DNA of 64,000 bases from Rhizomicrobium sp. (GCA_035547275.1 DASZVQ010000079.1:25653-89652); one strand, 5' to 3'; numbered from the stretch's first letter, positions 1 through 10,877 are shown. Notes: a model not told the origin generated them from the sequence alone. Numbers and translations: made by a program.

Positions 1-30
1 CGTTTCAGAAAGGCTTGCCGCGCGGGTGTC

Positions 31-3000
31 TCAGTATTCGAACTGATAGCTCAGCCCCACGCTGCTGCCATTGTCCTGCAGCGAATTGCCCTGGGTGGTG
101 ACGGTGCTGGCGCCGGTGGCGAGCGTGGCCTGGGCCTTCAGCCGCCGGGTGATGTCCACCTGCACCTGGGTCTGGGTGCCGCCCGACAGATTCTGCTTCA
201 CGCCGACATAGACGTTGCGCGTGACATAACGGCCGGCTTCGACGGTGGTCTGGTTCTGGGTACCGCCGGCGCCGCCTTGCACGCTGCCCACCGACAGCCG
301 GTCCAGGCCAAGGGTCCGCCGCACCGCGCCCAGGGGATTGAAGCCGCCGCCGACGCCGCCCATGGCGGCGGCGGCCTGGGCGATGCTGGCCAGCTGCAAT
401 GGCGTGAGCTGTTTGACGCTTTGCTGAAACAGCAGATGCGCAACCACTTCATCCTGTGGCAGTTGCGGACTGCTGGACAATGCGATCTTGGGTGACGACG
501 CATAACCGGTGACGGTAAGGGTTGCCGTCACGCCGCCCGACACGGTCTCAGCGACAAAATCGAGCGCGGGGTCCAGCTTGCTGCGCAAGCCCGTGCCGTC
601 GAAACGAATGCGGCCGGTGGTGAAATCCAGGGTCTGGCCAACAATCGTGTAGCTGCCGCGCTCCATGCGCAGGCCGCCACTGATGACGGGCGCGCCCACG
701 GTGCCGCCGACCTGGATAGCGCCGCCCATTTCCGCATCCACGCCATGGCCGCGCACGAAGATCGGGCCCGTGGTGCGCACGCTTATGTCTAATGCGATAC
801 GGCTTTGCCTGGGAGGCGGCGGCGGTGGTGGCTGGCCGCGCCGGCGCACATTCAGCACAGCCACCTGGGCTGGGAAATTCTCGGGCAGATTTATTTCCCC
901 ACCGGTGAGCTGTATCTTGCCCGCCAGGCTCATGCTGGTTTTGACATGGCCCTTCAGTGTCAGATCGCCCGACAGGCTGGCCCTCATCAGATCGTTGGCG
1001 ACGGGCTGCGCATTCGTGACGCTCATCTGCATGTCGATGGGCATGTCGGGCGCCTGCAGATCGACATGGCCCGCGGCAGTGAGCGAACCCTGACCGGCCT
1101 GACCCTTCAATTGTGTCAAAGTCAGGCGCGTGCCGTCCGAGGTCAGCCCGGCAGTGATGTCATGCACGCGCAAACCCTGGGCATAATCCTGGAATTCCCC
1201 GTCCGCCAGTTCGGCATGGCCGGTGATGCGCGGTTGGGCCATGGTGCCGCCAACATCGCCGTCCAGGGTTACCGTGCCGCGTACCCGCCGACCTTCCGCC
1301 GCCAGAAAGGCATCCAGCAGCGCAAGGTCCGCCTTGCCGCCCGCATGCAGTGCTATCGCGCCGCCGGCTTTGAGCGGCGCGGTGCCGGACAGGGCGAGAT
1401 GGGCGTTGGCGCCGGCGTCGGCCGAAGCCTGTACCATGGCATGATCGCTCGACAGCTCTGCATCCAGGGTGATCGCGCCGGGCGGCAGACCACGTGAGAA
1501 GATGGTGCTGAGGCCGGTGGCATGCAGGCTGATATGCCCGACAGGCGCGGCTGGACTTCCCCGCAGTTCGGCCTGGGCGGAAACCGCGCCTTGCGCCCCC
1601 AATTGCGGCGCGAAGGCCTGGAAGTCGGTAAGCGTCAGGCCGCTGGTTGACGCCGTCAGCGAAAGCTGGGGCGATATGCGGCCCGCCACGGTTATCCTGC
1701 CCTTGCCCAGATGCGCCGACAGATGATCCACCGCCAGACCGTTTGCAAATTGCAAGGTGGCGGGCGCATCCAATGCCAGCGTCAGGCTGTGCCAATCGCC
1801 CGTGACGGCCGACAGGGTGAGTTGCTTGCGCGGAAGATCCAGCGACGCCGCCGCGTGAAGCTTGAGCGGCGATTTGTCCGGCGCCGCCAGGCCCCAATCC
1901 AGCGTGATGGCGAGCCCGGTGAGAGGCCCATATAGATGGCCCTGTGCGTCACCGGCCCATCCCTGGGCGGCAATCTTGTGCAGGCCCAGGTCGATATCCA
2001 TGCCCGGCTTGCCCAGAAGATCCCGGACAGCGCCTTTGAGAGACGCACTTTCCAAGGTGGCGGCATCGCCGTGCAGATTGGCGACGCTTGCGGTCAGGGC
2101 GGCGTTGGTCTTGCCGCCTTGTTGGCTGAAGGTGATCGCGGCATCGGCCGTGCCCGACAATTTGACGCCGGTGAATACGGCAAAGTCGGTCAATTGGCGC
2201 AGCGCCAGATGCGCCTTGCCTGTCATGGCATTGCCGGCGTCCAGATGAATCCCGGCTTGGGCATTGAATGAACGCCAGCGGGCGTCCAGCTTAGCCTGGC
2301 GTGCCCTGCCGCCATTCCAGACCGCATGCATGGTCAGCGGGGCGTCGTCCAACCGGCCATCCAGGGTGAGCAGGGCATTGCCCAACTTCGGCAGGCCATC
2401 GGCCCTGGCTTCGATCGCCACCCGCTGACGCGCAAAGCCCTGGGTCGCCAGCACCGCGTCACCGCTGGCGGAAAATGCGGCATTGTCGACAGGCCCGTTG
2501 GCAGTGCCATGCAGGGAAAGCGTGCCACCAACCGCGGCCGCCAGCCGTGACAGATCGCGCAAGTCGAGCACAAAGCGGTAGTTGAGCCTCTTGCCGCGAA
2601 GGTCGCCCCGAACATCGGCATTGAGTCCTGCGCCCTGCAGCTGGATATGCGAAGCCGTCAGGTCGGCGCCGTCGAACACGGCTGTCGCGGCAAGCCGGGC
2701 CTTGCCAAGCAGGCGGGCAGGTATCGTCTGCCCTTTGGCATTCACCTGGCCATCCAGTCTGGTCTGGATCTGTGTGCGGTCCTTTTTGACCTGGAGGTGG
2801 AAATTGGCATCGCCGCCCATCGCGGTTCCGGCCAGCACGGCGAAAGGCGCCAAGGACGGCAGGCTCAGATCGGCCGTGACGCTTATGGTGCCAGCGGTTT
2901 GCGCCGAGCCGCGCAATTGCATCAGCGGATGCGACAGTTCGAAATGCACCAGCCGTGTCTTGTCTTTCAGATCGGCTTCGGCGCTCAGCCGCAAGGGCGC

Positions 3001-4011
3001 CCCCGCGATCAGATCGGGATGGCTGCCGGGCAAGGTGACTTTCTCCGCCGCGCCCTCAAGGTCGGCATGACCGGAATCGCCGGTCAGCCTCAGGATCAGG
3101 GTCTTGGCTGCCGCGCCCCGGAAGCCGCCATCCATCAGCTGGACCTTCGCATCGAGCCTGGGTGCATCGAAGGCCCCGTGGACATGCATGTCGCCCGACA
3201 GGGCCTGCCAGCGTATGCCGGGGCTTGGAATCATTGCCGGCGCCGATAGGATGGCGTCCACATCCATCTGGCGTGCAGCCAGTGAAATAGTGCCGTGGCC
3301 ACCCGCGCGCAGCTGCCCCGCCGACAGTTGAAACGCCATGGTATTGACGCGTGCATCCCCTTGCGCCTGGGCCGACAGATTCACCGGTCCCAGGCCCGGC
3401 AGGTTTGCGAGCCTGCCCAACACGCCGTCGGCGCCTTCATGGATTTCAGCAGTGCCGCGCGCGATGTCATTGGTGATGCCGCCGGCGACGCGATAGCGAT
3501 CCTGATTGTCCAGCCGCGTAACCAACAGGTCCGCCGCCAGCTGATGGATCGAGGCATAGTGCAGGCTGCCGGATACCGACAGGGTGACAGCATGGCCGAT
3601 CACCGGCGCATCGATCACGATGCGCGGCGCCGCCAGATGCGCGATGTCGATGCGCGGCGTCGGTCCCTCTGTCGCGCCGGATGGGATGGGGCGGCGGGCG
3701 ACCGTGATCTTGGAGGCCGATACATTGTCTATCGACACATGACTGCGCAGCATCGCAAGTGCCGACCAGTCGAGTGAGGCCATCTCGACAGAAAGCCACG
3801 TGCCTTTCCGGTCGGCGATCTGAAGCCGCGCCACATGCAGATGATTGGGAAAGAAGCCCCCCAGACCCGTCACCTGTACCTCACCGCCCGTGAGCGGCGA
3901 CACCAGTCCGCCCACCAGCACCAGGCCGGGCGGTGTATAAAGAAGCAGCAACAGGCTCAGCACGATCGCGCCCGCCACCCCAAAAGCCCAATATGCGATC
4001 CGTGTCTGCAT
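31..4011 (-). CDS. tamB: Translocation/assembly module TamB (DUF490) protein
   Basis: N-terminal TM anchor (MQTRIAYWAFGVAGAIVLSLLLLL), long beta-taco-like repeats, C-terminal TamB signature (SSSPQLPQDEVVAHLLF...GLDRLSV...EAGRYVTRNVYVGVKQ...GLSYQFEY). Start ATG at 4011 overlaps the tamA stop (ATGA). Confidence 0.9.
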   Translation of the reverse strand: MQTRIAYWAFGVAGAIVLSLLLLLYTPPGLVLVGGLVSPLTGGEVQVTGLGGFFPNHLHVARLQIADRKGTWLSVEMASLDWSALAMLRSHVSIDNVSASKITVARRPIPSGATEGPTPRIDIAHLAAPRIVIDAPVIGHAVTLSVSGSLHYASIHQLAADLLVTRLDNQDRYRVAGGITNDIARGTAEIHEGADGVLGRLANLPGLGPVNLSAQAQGDARVNTMAFQLSAGQLRAGGHGTISLAARQMDVDAILSAPAMIPSPGIRWQALSGDMHVHGAFDAPRLDAKVQLMDGGFRGAAAKTLILRLTGDSGHADLEGAAEKVTLPGSHPDLIAGAPLRLSAEADLKDKTRLVHFELSHPLMQLRGSAQTAGTISVTADLSLPSLAPFAVLAGTAMGGDANFHLQVKKDRTQIQTRLDGQVNAKGQTIPARLLGKARLAATAVFDGADLTASHIQLQGAGLNADVRGDLRGKRLNYRFVLDLRDLSRLAAAVGGTLSLHGTANGPVDNAAFSASGDAVLATQGFARQRVAIEARADGLPKLGNALLTLDGRLDDAPLTMHAVWNGGRARQAKLDARWRSFNAQAGIHLDAGNAMTGKAHLALRQLTDFAVFTGVKLSGTADAAITFSQQGGKTNAALTASVANLHGDAATLESASLKGAVRDLLGKPGMDIDLGLHKIAAQGWAGDAQGHLYGPLTGLAITLDWGLAAPDKSPLKLHAAASLDLPRKQLTLSAVTGDWHSLTLALDAPATLQFANGLAVDHLSAHLGKGRITVAGRISPQLSLTASTSGLTLTDFQAFAPQLGAQGAVSAQAELRGSPAAPVGHISLHATGLSTIFSRGLPPGAITLDAELSSDHAMVQASADAGANAHLALSGTAPLKAGGAIALHAGGKADLALLDAFLAAEGRRVRGTVTLDGDVGGTMAQPRITGHAELADGEFQDYAQGLRVHDITAGLTSDGTRLTLTQLKGQAGQGSLTAAGHVDLQAPDMPIDMQMSVTNAQPVANDLMRASLSGDLTLKGHVKTSMSLAGKIQLTGGEINLPENFPAQVAVLNVRRRGQPPPPPPPRQSRIALDISVRTTGPIFVRGHGVDAEMGGAIQVGGTVGAPVISGGLRMERGSYTIVGQTLDFTTGRIRFDGTGLRSKLDPALDFVAETVSGGVTATLTVTGYASSPKIALSSSPQLPQDEVVAHLLFQQSVKQLTPLQLASIAQAAAAMGGVGGGFNPLGAVRRTLGLDRLSVGSVQGGAGGTQNQTTVEAGRYVTRNVYVGVKQNLSGGTQTQVQVDITRRLKAQATLATGASTVTTQGNSLQDNGSSVGLSYQFEY

Positions 4012-5846
4012 CAGAAAGCCTGGCCCAGACCTATATAGAGTTCGAAGGCGTCCCCGCCGGGCAGATGCACCAGCGGTGTCGCCACATCCACACGCACCGC
4101 GCCGATCGCCGTGTAATAGCGTGCGCCGACACCGGCGCCGGCATAAAGCCGGCCTGTGAAGGGCGCGCCGGTGCCGGCCTGGCCGCCATCGACAAAGACA
4201 GCCGCGCCCCAATCCTCGCCAAAGCGCTGGCGGAATTCCACCGTCGCCGCATCCACAGATTTGGCGCCGACCGGCTTGCGGTCCGCAAACTGCGGGCCCA
4301 GCGACTGATAGGCATAGCCGCGCACGGTGGTGCTGCCGCCGGCATAAAGCCGCTGGTCCGGAGGCAAGTCGAGATTGGAGGCGCCCAGAATGGTCGCGGC
4401 CAGCCCACGCAGCGCCAGCACCGAACGGCCGTTATCCGACAGATCGAAATAGTTGGAGGCGGTGAGCTGGGTCAGCAGAAAGGTCGCGTCCCGGCCGCCA
4501 AAGGCATGGGTTGGCGTCAATGCGAGCGCCGCGCGCAGGCCATGCGTCGGGTCCAGCAGGCCGTCGGTGATGCCGGTGCTGTCATAGGATACGGTGACGG
4601 GCGCGGAGAGCAATTCATACAGCGCGTCCGTGCCTTCCTGCGCGATCTGATCATGGGTCAGCGACAGGCCGGCGCTGCCCGACCAAAGGGGGGAAAATTT
4701 CCGCCGCACAAAGCCGGCGATGGTTTCCGCCGTCTGGTCATAGGCATCGAGCTGCTGTTTGACACCGCTGACATCAAATTCCAGCACCTGATTGGTCTGC
4801 AAGAATCGGGGCTGGATATATTGTGCCGACAGGTTATAGCCCAGCCCGGTGCTTGCGGTGCCAAGGCCCGTGCCGGCCGCGGTCAGATTGAGCTGCTCGG
4901 CATTGCCGAACAGGTTGCGATGCGACCAGGTCGTGCCCAGCATGACGCCCAGATCGGTGGAATAGGTGCCTGACAGGGTCACGGCATGATGGGCGCGTTC
5001 CTCGACATCGAAGATCAGGGGGATGCGGCCGTCCGGCGACAGATGATCGGCAGCCCGCACGCTGACGCCGGAGAACACGCCCAATCCCGCCAGCGCCTGG
5101 CGCGCGGCTTCGATCCTGCTGGGCTGATAGCGGTCGCCGGGATGAACGGTCAGGGCGCCGCGGGCGAAGGATTCGTTGACGTCCTTCAGGCCATTGATGC
5201 GGATATCGCCGATCGCGACCTGGGGACCGCTGCTGACCTTGTAGGTGACATCGATCGTCTGGTCCTTGTCGTCTGCCGTCGCATCGGGACCATCCACCTT
5301 CGCCAAGGCGTAACCGTCTTCCTCCAGCGCCGTCAGCAGGCGTGTGCGTGCGTCCAGCACGGCCGTGGCCACGGCGGCATCGCCGCTATTCAGGCCCAGC
5401 GCGGCGCGGTCATGCTCGGGAACTTTGCCGTCCAGCGTGATCTTGGCCAGATGATAGAGCGGGCCCGGCGTCGCGGTGACCTTGATCGCCACCGGTGATC
5501 CCGCCGGCATCGCGTCCAGCCGCGCGGGCAGCGCCGGGTCATCGACCGCCAGCCCGTCCATCGTGATGCCGACTTTATTCTGATAATAGCCAAAACTGTC
5601 CATGGCCGTCTGCAAACGGGCAATGTCGGCTTGTGCGCGGCTGACCAGGGCGAAGGGCGCAATGGGCCCGGCGCCCTGCAATGTAACCAGTTGGGAACTG
5701 GCGCGCAGGGCGGCATCCATCTGCGATGCGCCTGTTCCCGAAATGTCCACCGTGTAGGCTTGCGGGTCTGCGGCGCTGGCCGGAAATGCTCCGAGAAGAA
5801 AACCCAACGCCACGACAAGCGCTGGAAGGTTCCGCTCAATCGCCAT
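4011..5846 (-). CDS. tamA: Autotransporter assembly factor TamA (Omp85 family)
   Basis: Signal peptide, POTRA-like region, Omp85 barrel motifs (YAGGSTTVRGY, GVGARYYTAIGAVRVDVA, YIGLGQAF). Start taken at MAIERNL. Confidence 0.9.
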   Translation of the reverse strand: MAIERNLPALVVALGFLLGAFPASAADPQAYTVDISGTGASQMDAALRASSQLVTLQGAGPIAPFALVSRAQADIARLQTAMDSFGYYQNKVGITMDGLAVDDPALPARLDAMPAGSPVAIKVTATPGPLYHLAKITLDGKVPEHDRAALGLNSGDAAVATAVLDARTRLLTALEEDGYALAKVDGPDATADDKDQTIDVTYKVSSGPQVAIGDIRINGLKDVNESFARGALTVHPGDRYQPSRIEAARQALAGLGVFSGVSVRAADHLSPDGRIPLIFDVEERAHHAVTLSGTYSTDLGVMLGTTWSHRNLFGNAEQLNLTAAGTGLGTASTGLGYNLSAQYIQPRFLQTNQVLEFDVSGVKQQLDAYDQTAETIAGFVRRKFSPLWSGSAGLSLTHDQIAQEGTDALYELLSAPVTVSYDSTGITDGLLDPTHGLRAALALTPTHAFGGRDATFLLTQLTASNYFDLSDNGRSVLALRGLAATILGASNLDLPPDQRLYAGGSTTVRGYAYQSLGPQFADRKPVGAKSVDAATVEFRQRFGEDWGAAVFVDGGQAGTGAPFTGRLYAGAGVGARYYTAIGAVRVDVATPLVHLPGGDAFELYIGLGQAF

Positions 5847-5959
5847 GTTGCGCGGAGTTTGCCAATAGCGCCGTCCGGATGGAAGCGGATATGACGCCCG
5901 GCATGGCATCATATTCATTATGCGAATTCAATCGGTTATCGGCGGTTTGCGTTTGCCGG

Positions 5960-6709
5960 CTAATGCGAAAGGATCTGAATGGAGAAGATGTTTTCGCCTA
6001 TATGGACAAAGTCGCGATTTCTGTTGGCGATGCATCGAAGGAAATTCCGGGATGTGCCTTGCTTGGGCAACAGCCAGTCGTGCAGTTCGATAATGATGAC
6101 GGGGAATTGATCGACCCAATCCGTATTGGCGGAGAACAAATCTTCTTCTCCGCCCTCGATATCGATTTTGGCGATGAATGGAACAAGGCCGTCCGCGATC
6201 TTCGATCCTATGACGCGCGCCAGGGATTCGCGTTTCACATTGGCCGTCTTGTCGTCCCTGGTCTGATAGCCCCATTCGCCCTGGCCGGGGTCGATCAATG
6301 CCACCCTGCCTTCTGTCGCGCCGACGGCGCTATGGTGCAGGTCGACATTCAGGTCGCTTGCATTCAGGTGCAGCAGTTCGAAGTTGTGATCCTCGGGTTC
6401 GAACGCCACAATATGGGCACGGGGAAAGTTCTTCTGGAACCAGCATACGCTGGCCCCGATATTCGCGCCGGCATCGATAATCAGCGGCCGATCGATGGCG
6501 TCATACATTTCGGTCAACTCGGCGCCGCGTTTCAAATGGCTGAAGGAATAGTCTTCGTATTGAAACATCTGGCGGATGACGTTCTTATCGGCAGGGGTGC
6601 CGCGATGATGCAGCATGCGACGGTCATGGCCGATCCGGAACGCGAAAGGATTTACGATCCGCAATTCGCCAATGCCCGTGAAACGCTTGATGTTTGTGAT
6701 CATGCCCAT
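5960..6709 (-). CDS. FkbM family SAM-dependent methyltransferase
   Basis: IIDAGANIG, AFEP, AKIDIEGGE and IIIELHD motifs; GGGAG RBS upstream. Confidence 0.85.
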   Translation of the reverse strand: MGMITNIKRFTGIGELRIVNPFAFRIGHDRRMLHHRGTPADKNVIRQMFQYEDYSFSHLKRGAELTEMYDAIDRPLIIDAGANIGASVCWFQKNFPRAHIVAFEPEDHNFELLHLNASDLNVDLHHSAVGATEGRVALIDPGQGEWGYQTRDDKTANVKRESLARVIGSKIADGLVPFIAKIDIEGGEEDLFSANTDWVDQFPVIIIELHDWLLPKQGTSRNFLRCIANRNRDFVHIGENIFSIQILSH

Positions 6710-6923
6710 TTCATGCGCTCCCGGTTATGTTGACAGCGTGTTCCAACAGCTGGGCAACAATTCGGCCAAATAGGTTCACGGCGGCGCGGCGGGCACTTTT
6801 TGCGCCGCGGTACATGACAATTTCGTAAGTTTGAAGCGCAGCTGCACCCGCCGTACGAACATCGTCATGGAGCGGCGCGCGCGTGACGATTTGGCGACCC
6901 TGTTCGATACCCAGGTCGGCCGA

Positions 6924-6944
6924 TTGTTGTAAGGTTGTTGTAAG
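6924..6944. promoter_or_regulatory. Tandem direct repeat TTGTTGTAAG x2 (11-bp period), possible winged-helix response regulator site
   Basis: TTGTTGTAAG at 6924-6933 and 6935-6944 in the divergent intergenic region. Confidence 0.35.
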
Positions 6945-7093
6945 CAAACTCTTCCGTTCGGCGGCCGCGTCCGGATCGATATCCTTCGCGGAGCCCCGTG
7001 GGATGGTGGCGAACGCCGCGGTCCTGCGTCGCGCGTGGACGATCAGTTGCCTTCGACGCCATCGCGCGACGAAGCCCCGGCTTGTCCCTACTT

Positions 7094-7110
7094 ATATCGT
7101 AGTACGATAT
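7094..7110. promoter_or_regulatory. Perfect palindrome ATATCGTA-G-TACGATAT, probable repressor operator upstream of the RND pump
   Basis: AT-rich inverted repeat with 8-bp arms, read directly. Confidence 0.5.
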
Positions 7111-7326
7111 TATAGGCTTGGCGCGTTCCGGCCATAAGTTTCTTCTGGCAGCCACAGGCAAGGGCAACTTTCAAAGCGCGCTGCGACATCTTGCGACCAG
7201 CCAATGATGTCTCGCCGATTTTTCCTGCGATATAACGGCGGCCGTTTCGGGCCGTCGTAACGAGATATGCAATGTCATGCCAGAACCGGAAATTCTGATG
7301 CGCCCGCCGGGTGAGGCAGTTGCCGC

Positions 7327-10300
7327 ATGACCTGGCTTGTGAAGGTCGCGCTGGAGCGGCCGCTGACCTTTGTCGTGATGGTGCTTCTTCTGCTCATCTT
7401 CGGACCGATGGCGGCGTCGCGAATGGCGGTCGATATCTTTCCCAATATCGGTATTCCCGTTGTCGGCGTGGCATTCCAGTTTACCGGTCTGTCGCCCGAT
7501 CAGATGGCGAAGCGCATCATCACGCCATATGAGCGGATTTTGTCGACGACGGTGAATGACATTGAACATACCGACAGCAAGTCGATGTATGGCATCGGAA
7601 CTGTCAAAATCTATTTTCAGCCCAATGTGGATATCCGCACCGCCACGGCGCAGGTGACGTCCATCTCCCAGACGGCCATCCGGCAGATGCCTCCCGGCAC
7701 CCAACCTCCGCTGATCATCATCTACAATGCCTCGACCGTTCCGGTGCTGCAGCTCGCGCTTTCCAGCCAGGTTCTTTCCGAGCAGCGGGTTCTGGATCTT
7801 TCCCAGAATTTCGTGCGCCCGCAGCTCACCACGGTGCGCGGGGCCGCGATTCCGTTCTCCTATGGCGGCAAAACCCGTCAGATCCAGGTCGATCTGGACC
7901 CGCAGGCCATGCAGGCTGATGGCCTGTCGGCCACCGATGTCGAAAACGCGCTGGCCAGCCAGGACCAGATCGAGCCGGTGGGAACGGCGAAGATCGGCAG
8001 CTACCAATATATGGTCGAACTGAACAATTCCGCCGCCACGCTGCCCGATTTCAACGACATGCCGATCAAGACCGTGAATGGCGCCACCATCCTAATGCGC
8101 GACGTCGGCCATGTGCGGGATGGAAATCCCCCGCAGCAAAGCGTCGTCCATGTGGATGGGGCAAGAGCGGTGCTATCCACGGTGCTGAAGAACGGCTCCG
8201 CGTCCACGCTCGATGTCGTGCAGGGGGTAATCGAAAAACTGAAGCAGATCAGGGATCAGCTGCCGGACACTTTGAAGATCAGCACGCTCAATGACCAGTC
8301 GGTGTTCGTCAAGGCGGCAGTCGGCGGCGTGGTTCGCGAGGGAACGGTCGCGGCCTTGCTGACCAGCCTGATGGTTCTGCTGTTTCTGGGAAGCTGGCGT
8401 TCCACGGTCATCATCGCGATTTCCATTCCCTTGTCGGTGCTGTGTGCCCTCATTGTCCTCTGGGCCACCGGCGAAACCCTCAACATCATGACATTGGGCG
8501 GCCTGGCGCTCGCCGTCGGCATCCTGGTGGACGATGCCACCGTCACGATCGAAAACATCAACTGGCACCTGGAACAGGGCAAGGATGTCAGGCCGGCCAT
8601 CATGGATGGCGCACGCCAGATCGCCACGCCGGCTTTCGTATCCACGCTATGCATCTGCATCGTCTTCGTGCCGATGTTTTCGCTTCCCGGCGTTGCGGGG
8701 TATCTGTTCGTGCCCATGGCCGCCTCGGTCGTCTATGCGCTGATTTCCTCCTTCATCCTGTCGCGCACCGTGGTCCCGACCATGGCCATGTATCTGCTGC
8801 GCGCCCATGCGCCGGGCCATGCCAGCGAGGGAAGCGGCCTTTTGGGAAACCTGCAGCGCAAATTCGAGGACGGTTTCGATCTCGCGCGCGAGGGGTATCG
8901 CAATCTGCTGGCCCTGACGATGGACAATCGCCGTCCTTTCGTGATCGCCTTTCTCGGCTTTGTCCTGCTGTCCGCGGTGCTGGTGCCGTTCCTGGGGTCG
9001 GACTTTTTCCCCTCGGTCGATGCCGGCCAGATTACCCTGCATGTCCGGCCGCCCGTCGGCACGCGGGTCGAAGACAGCGCCCAGCTTTTCGGGCGCATCG
9101 AACGGGACATACGCGCGGTCATCCCGCGGCGGGAGCTTTCCTCGATCATCGACAGTCTTGGATTGCCGCCAAGCTCGATCAACACGATCTATAACAACAC
9201 CGGGTTGATCGGCGAACAGGATGGCGACATATTCGTCACCTTGCTTGCCGGGCATGGCCCGACCGCGGGCTATGTCAAAACCCTGCGCGCCAGGCTGGCG
9301 CGGGATTTCCCTGGCACCACCTTCTCATTCCCGCCATCCGATATCGTCAGCCAGATCCTGAATTTCGGCATACCATCCCCAATCGATCTGCAGGTCGTCG
9401 GGCCGCAATCAAAGGCCGCGCAGGCTTATGGCCTGGATCTGCTGCGGCAGATGCGCCGCATTCCGGGCATCGTCGATGCGCGGATGCAGCAATCCGACGA
9501 CTATCCGCAGCTGGATTTTCTGGCCGATCGTGTCCGCATGGCGCAATATGGGCTGACGGAGCGTGATGTCACCAACGCCATGGCCACCGCCTTGGCCGGC
9601 ACGACAACGACAGCGCCGAATTTCTGGATCGATCCCAAAACCGGCGTCTCCTATCCGATCGTGGCGCAAACGCCCGAATATCGCCTTGATACATTGCCGG
9701 CGCTGGAGAATCTGCCGATCACCGCCTCGGGAGGCGGCCAGCCCCAGGTTCTCGGCGCGCTTGCCAAGGTTCAGCGGCAACGCTCGCCCGCGGTCGTGAC
9801 GCACTATAATGTGTTGCCGTCGGTCGATCTGTATGCCGCCACCCAGGACCGTGATCTGGGCGCGGTCGCCGGCGATGTGGAAAAGCTGATCGCCAAGAAC
9901 AAGAAGACGCTCCCACGGGGCGATTCCGTCGTCCTGCGCGGCGAGGTGGCCACCATGCGCACGGCATTCTCGGGGCTATACCTGGGCATTGCCGGCGCCA
10001 TTCTGCTGGTCTATCTGCTTATTGTCGTCAATTTCCAGTCCTGGCTCGATCCCTTCATTATCATCACCGCGCTTCCCGCCGCGCTGGCCGGGATCATCTG
10101 GAGCCTGTTCGTGACCGGAACCACATTGTCGGTTCCCGCCTTGACCGGCGCGATCATGTGCATGGGGGTGGGGACGGCCAACTCCATCCTGGTGGTCAGC
10201 TTTGCCCGGGAACGGCTGGAGGCGACGGGCGATCCCATCGCCAGCGCCATCGAGGCGGGGTTTGTCCGTTGCCGTCCCGTGCTGATGACCGCTTTGGCCA

Positions 10301-10500
10301 TGATCATCGGCATGGTGCCGATGGCGCTGGGGCTTGGCGAGGGCGGCGAACAGAACGCGCCGCTGGGCCGTGCCGTCATTGGCGGGCTTGTCTTCGCGAC
10401 GGTCGCCACGCTCGTCTTTGTGCCCGTGGTGTTCAGCATCGTGCATGGCCGTGCCCTGGCCTGGCGGTCCCGCAAGGCGCAAGCGGCCGGATACGCCTGA
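7327..10500 (+). CDS. RND efflux transporter permease subunit (AcrB/AcrD/AcrF family)
   Basis: 1057 aa, duplicated TM architecture, GILVDDATV proton-relay motif, RPVLMTALAMIIG. Confidence 0.93.
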   Translation: MTWLVKVALERPLTFVVMVLLLLIFGPMAASRMAVDIFPNIGIPVVGVAFQFTGLSPDQMAKRIITPYERILSTTVNDIEHTDSKSMYGIGTVKIYFQPNVDIRTATAQVTSISQTAIRQMPPGTQPPLIIIYNASTVPVLQLALSSQVLSEQRVLDLSQNFVRPQLTTVRGAAIPFSYGGKTRQIQVDLDPQAMQADGLSATDVENALASQDQIEPVGTAKIGSYQYMVELNNSAATLPDFNDMPIKTVNGATILMRDVGHVRDGNPPQQSVVHVDGARAVLSTVLKNGSASTLDVVQGVIEKLKQIRDQLPDTLKISTLNDQSVFVKAAVGGVVREGTVAALLTSLMVLLFLGSWRSTVIIAISIPLSVLCALIVLWATGETLNIMTLGGLALAVGILVDDATVTIENINWHLEQGKDVRPAIMDGARQIATPAFVSTLCICIVFVPMFSLPGVAGYLFVPMAASVVYALISSFILSRTVVPTMAMYLLRAHAPGHASEGSGLLGNLQRKFEDGFDLAREGYRNLLALTMDNRRPFVIAFLGFVLLSAVLVPFLGSDFFPSVDAGQITLHVRPPVGTRVEDSAQLFGRIERDIRAVIPRRELSSIIDSLGLPPSSINTIYNNTGLIGEQDGDIFVTLLAGHGPTAGYVKTLRARLARDFPGTTFSFPPSDIVSQILNFGIPSPIDLQVVGPQSKAAQAYGLDLLRQMRRIPGIVDARMQQSDDYPQLDFLADRVRMAQYGLTERDVTNAMATALAGTTTTAPNFWIDPKTGVSYPIVAQTPEYRLDTLPALENLPITASGGGQPQVLGALAKVQRQRSPAVVTHYNVLPSVDLYAATQDRDLGAVAGDVEKLIAKNKKTLPRGDSVVLRGEVATMRTAFSGLYLGIAGAILLVYLLIVVNFQSWLDPFIIITALPAALAGIIWSLFVTGTTLSVPALTGAIMCMGVGTANSILVVSFARERLEATGDPIASAIEAGFVRCRPVLMTALAMIIGMVPMALGLGEGGEQNAPLGRAVIGGLVFATVATLVFVPVVFSIVHGRALAWRSRKAQAAGYA

Positions 10501-10611
10501 CCCGCGGCCGGCTTTTGATGGTAATGTGCGGTTCCGTTCGCCGAATCGCATGCGTGTTTGGGACAGGGGCTGGCACCCATCCCATGCACGGCCGGAAAAT
10601 CAGGACGTTCG

Positions 10612-10833
10612 ATGGATGACGATGTAGAGCGCCGCATCAGGCGAATCGAAGGCAAGGTGGATGCCTTGCTTGGCCTGGTCCTGATGGCGCTGGGATTCTG
10701 GTGCGCCGACAGGCTCGCCGTCCTGTTTCAAAGAACGATGGGCTGGAACCGGGACTGGATGTTTTTCACATCCGCCGTGGCGATCTATCTGGCGTTCGTT
10801 TTCTGGTTCGCCCGCATCATGGAGAAACGCTAG
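10612..10833 (+). CDS. Small hypothetical membrane protein (73 aa, 2 TM)
   Basis: ATG at 10612 with CAGGA upstream; charged N-terminus followed by two hydrophobic segments. Confidence 0.5.
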   Translation: MDDDVERRIRRIEGKVDALLGLVLMALGFWCADRLAVLFQRTMGWNRDWMFFTSAVAIYLAFVFWFARIMEKR

Positions 10834-10877
10834 CCGCGAAGGCTTCCGTCTCATCGCCAACTTTAAGCCGTAATTTC

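Noticed and set aside
4012-4212. N-terminal extension of tamB in the ORF track
   Set aside because: Overlaps the tamA C-terminus; the ATGA-coupled start at 4011 is more plausible.
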